DNA of 58,025 nucleotides from a virus (Duplodnaviria; Heunggongvirae; Uroviricota; Caudoviricetes): IMG/VR virus record IMGVR_UViG_2859821903_000003, positions 1 to 58,025 of that record; one strand, 5' to 3'. Shown piece by piece: positions 56,939 to 58,025 of this stretch (position 1 is its first letter; each line of letters starts with the position of its first letter). The notes under the pieces were generated by a model. It saw only the letters and a program-made list of their open reading frames with translations, ran no database searches and was not told where the DNA came from. The position numbers and the translations under genes were made by a program.

Positions 56939-58025
56939 CGTAGCCGGTCTTTACGAAAAGTTTGATCGCAGAACTGGCAGAGTTTACTACCAGTATAAAA
57001 ATCCTGTGACTGGAAAATTTCACGGACTCGGAACAGACAAAGGTAAGGCAGAAAAAATCGCTTCCACAGCCAATCAGCGAATAGCTGCAGCAGAAGCTGA
57101 ATATTTCATGCGCAAAATTGATGAAAGTCCGTCAGCAACAAAACGTCGGGGTATCAGATTAAAGGCATGGGTTGATCGATATCTGAAAATACAGGACACG
57201 CGACTGAAAAATGGAGATATTGCAGCTACAACTCACAAAGAAAAAACTCGAATGGCTGCATACCTGGTTTCCCGTCTGGGAAACCACCCATTGAAAGAAC
57301 TGGAAGTAAGAGACTTTGCATTAATACTGGATGAGTGGCTGGATAAAGACATGGTCAGCACAGCGAGAGTAAATCGTGGATTATGGGTTGATATTTATAA
57401 AGAAGCACAGCATGCAGGGGAAGTTCCTCCTGGATGGAATCCTCCGGAGGCTACCCGTAAACCGATCCCTAAAGTAACCAGAGCCAGGCTCACCATGGAA
57501 GACTGGCAAAAAATTTACAATGCAACGCCTGAAAAACACTTTATCCGTAACGCAATGCTTCTTGCGATTGTTACTGGTCAGCGCCGTGATGACATTTGCC
57601 ACATGCGTTTTTCAGATGTGTGGAACGAACACTTGCATATCACCCAGGGAAAAACCGGAATGCGTCTGGCGTTACCGCTTACACTACGCTGTGATGCCAT
57701 TGGGATAACGTTAAAAGAAGTTATTGATGGGTGCCGAGACAGAATATTAAGTCCATATCTAATCCATAGTCGGCACCAGAAACAACCGAAGCCGATGAGT
57801 AAAGACAACCTGAGCGACTACTTTGCCAAAGCACGGGATCTGGCTGGGATAATTCCACCAGCAGGAAAAACTCCGCCAACATTTCATGAACAACGCTCTC
57901 TATCAGAACGGCTGTACCGTGCACAGGGTATCGATACAAAAACATTACTAGGACATAAAGTCCAGGCAACCACCGATCGCTATAACGATACTCGAGGTCA
58001 GGAATGGGTTAAGCTGGTTATTTGA
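56907..58025 (+). CDS. int: Lambda-type tyrosine integrase (complete, 372 aa)
   Basis: C-terminal catalytic region …TFHEQRSLSERLY…LLGHKVQATTDRYNDTRGQEWVKLVI closely parallels lambda Int. Confidence 0.85.
   Translation: MSPRPRKNSTDVAGLYEKFDRRTGRVYYQYKNPVTGKFHGLGTDKGKAEKIASTANQRIAAAEAEYFMRKIDESPSATKRRGIRLKAWVDRYLKIQDTRLKNGDIAATTHKEKTRMAAYLVSRLGNHPLKELEVRDFALILDEWLDKDMVSTARVNRGLWVDIYKEAQHAGEVPPGWNPPEATRKPIPKVTRARLTMEDWQKIYNATPEKHFIRNAMLLAIVTGQRRDDICHMRFSDVWNEHLHITQGKTGMRLALPLTLRCDAIGITLKEVIDGCRDRILSPYLIHSRHQKQPKPMSKDNLSDYFAKARDLAGIIPPAGKTPPTFHEQRSLSERLYRAQGIDTKTLLGHKVQATTDRYNDTRGQEWVKLVI

Overview
This window looks like an Escherichia/Shigella chromosome segment (phoQ, roxA/ycfD, pepT, potA, potB) carrying two acquired elements and a heavy IS load (IS1, IS600 x2, IS629 x3, IS911-like). 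Element 1 (about 1546-15840, between phoQ and roxA) is a ~14.3 kb satellite-type island: P4-type integrase, AlpA, a divergent RHH regulator with twin palindromic operators, a helicase-type replication protein followed by an iteron array, SSB, a PerC-like regulator, and an HK97-type capsid/protease/portal/connector/HNH/TerS/TerL module with no tail or lysis genes. That architecture matches a capsid-forming phage-inducible chromosomal island, and it is my best candidate for the system of interest; TerL carries an in-frame amber codon and the portal appears frameshifted. Element 2 (20626 to the window end, inserted at the potB 3' end) is a decayed lambdoid prophage: tfa, stf, lom, J, I, K, L, M, H tail genes (H, K, J and lom all disrupted), an IS600-associated deletion of the head/lysis module, truncated nanS-p, three phage tRNAs, a DNA methylase, Q-like gene, rusA split by IS1, DUF968 gene, hok toxin, a QueH-like gene in an IS629-bounded segment, truncated DnaC-like gene, cI-like repressor, early-left genes, xis and int. 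No stx, CRISPR array or rRNA was found. All calls rest on reading the six-frame translations and the DNA by eye; no database search was run, so family names are from recall and sequence motifs.
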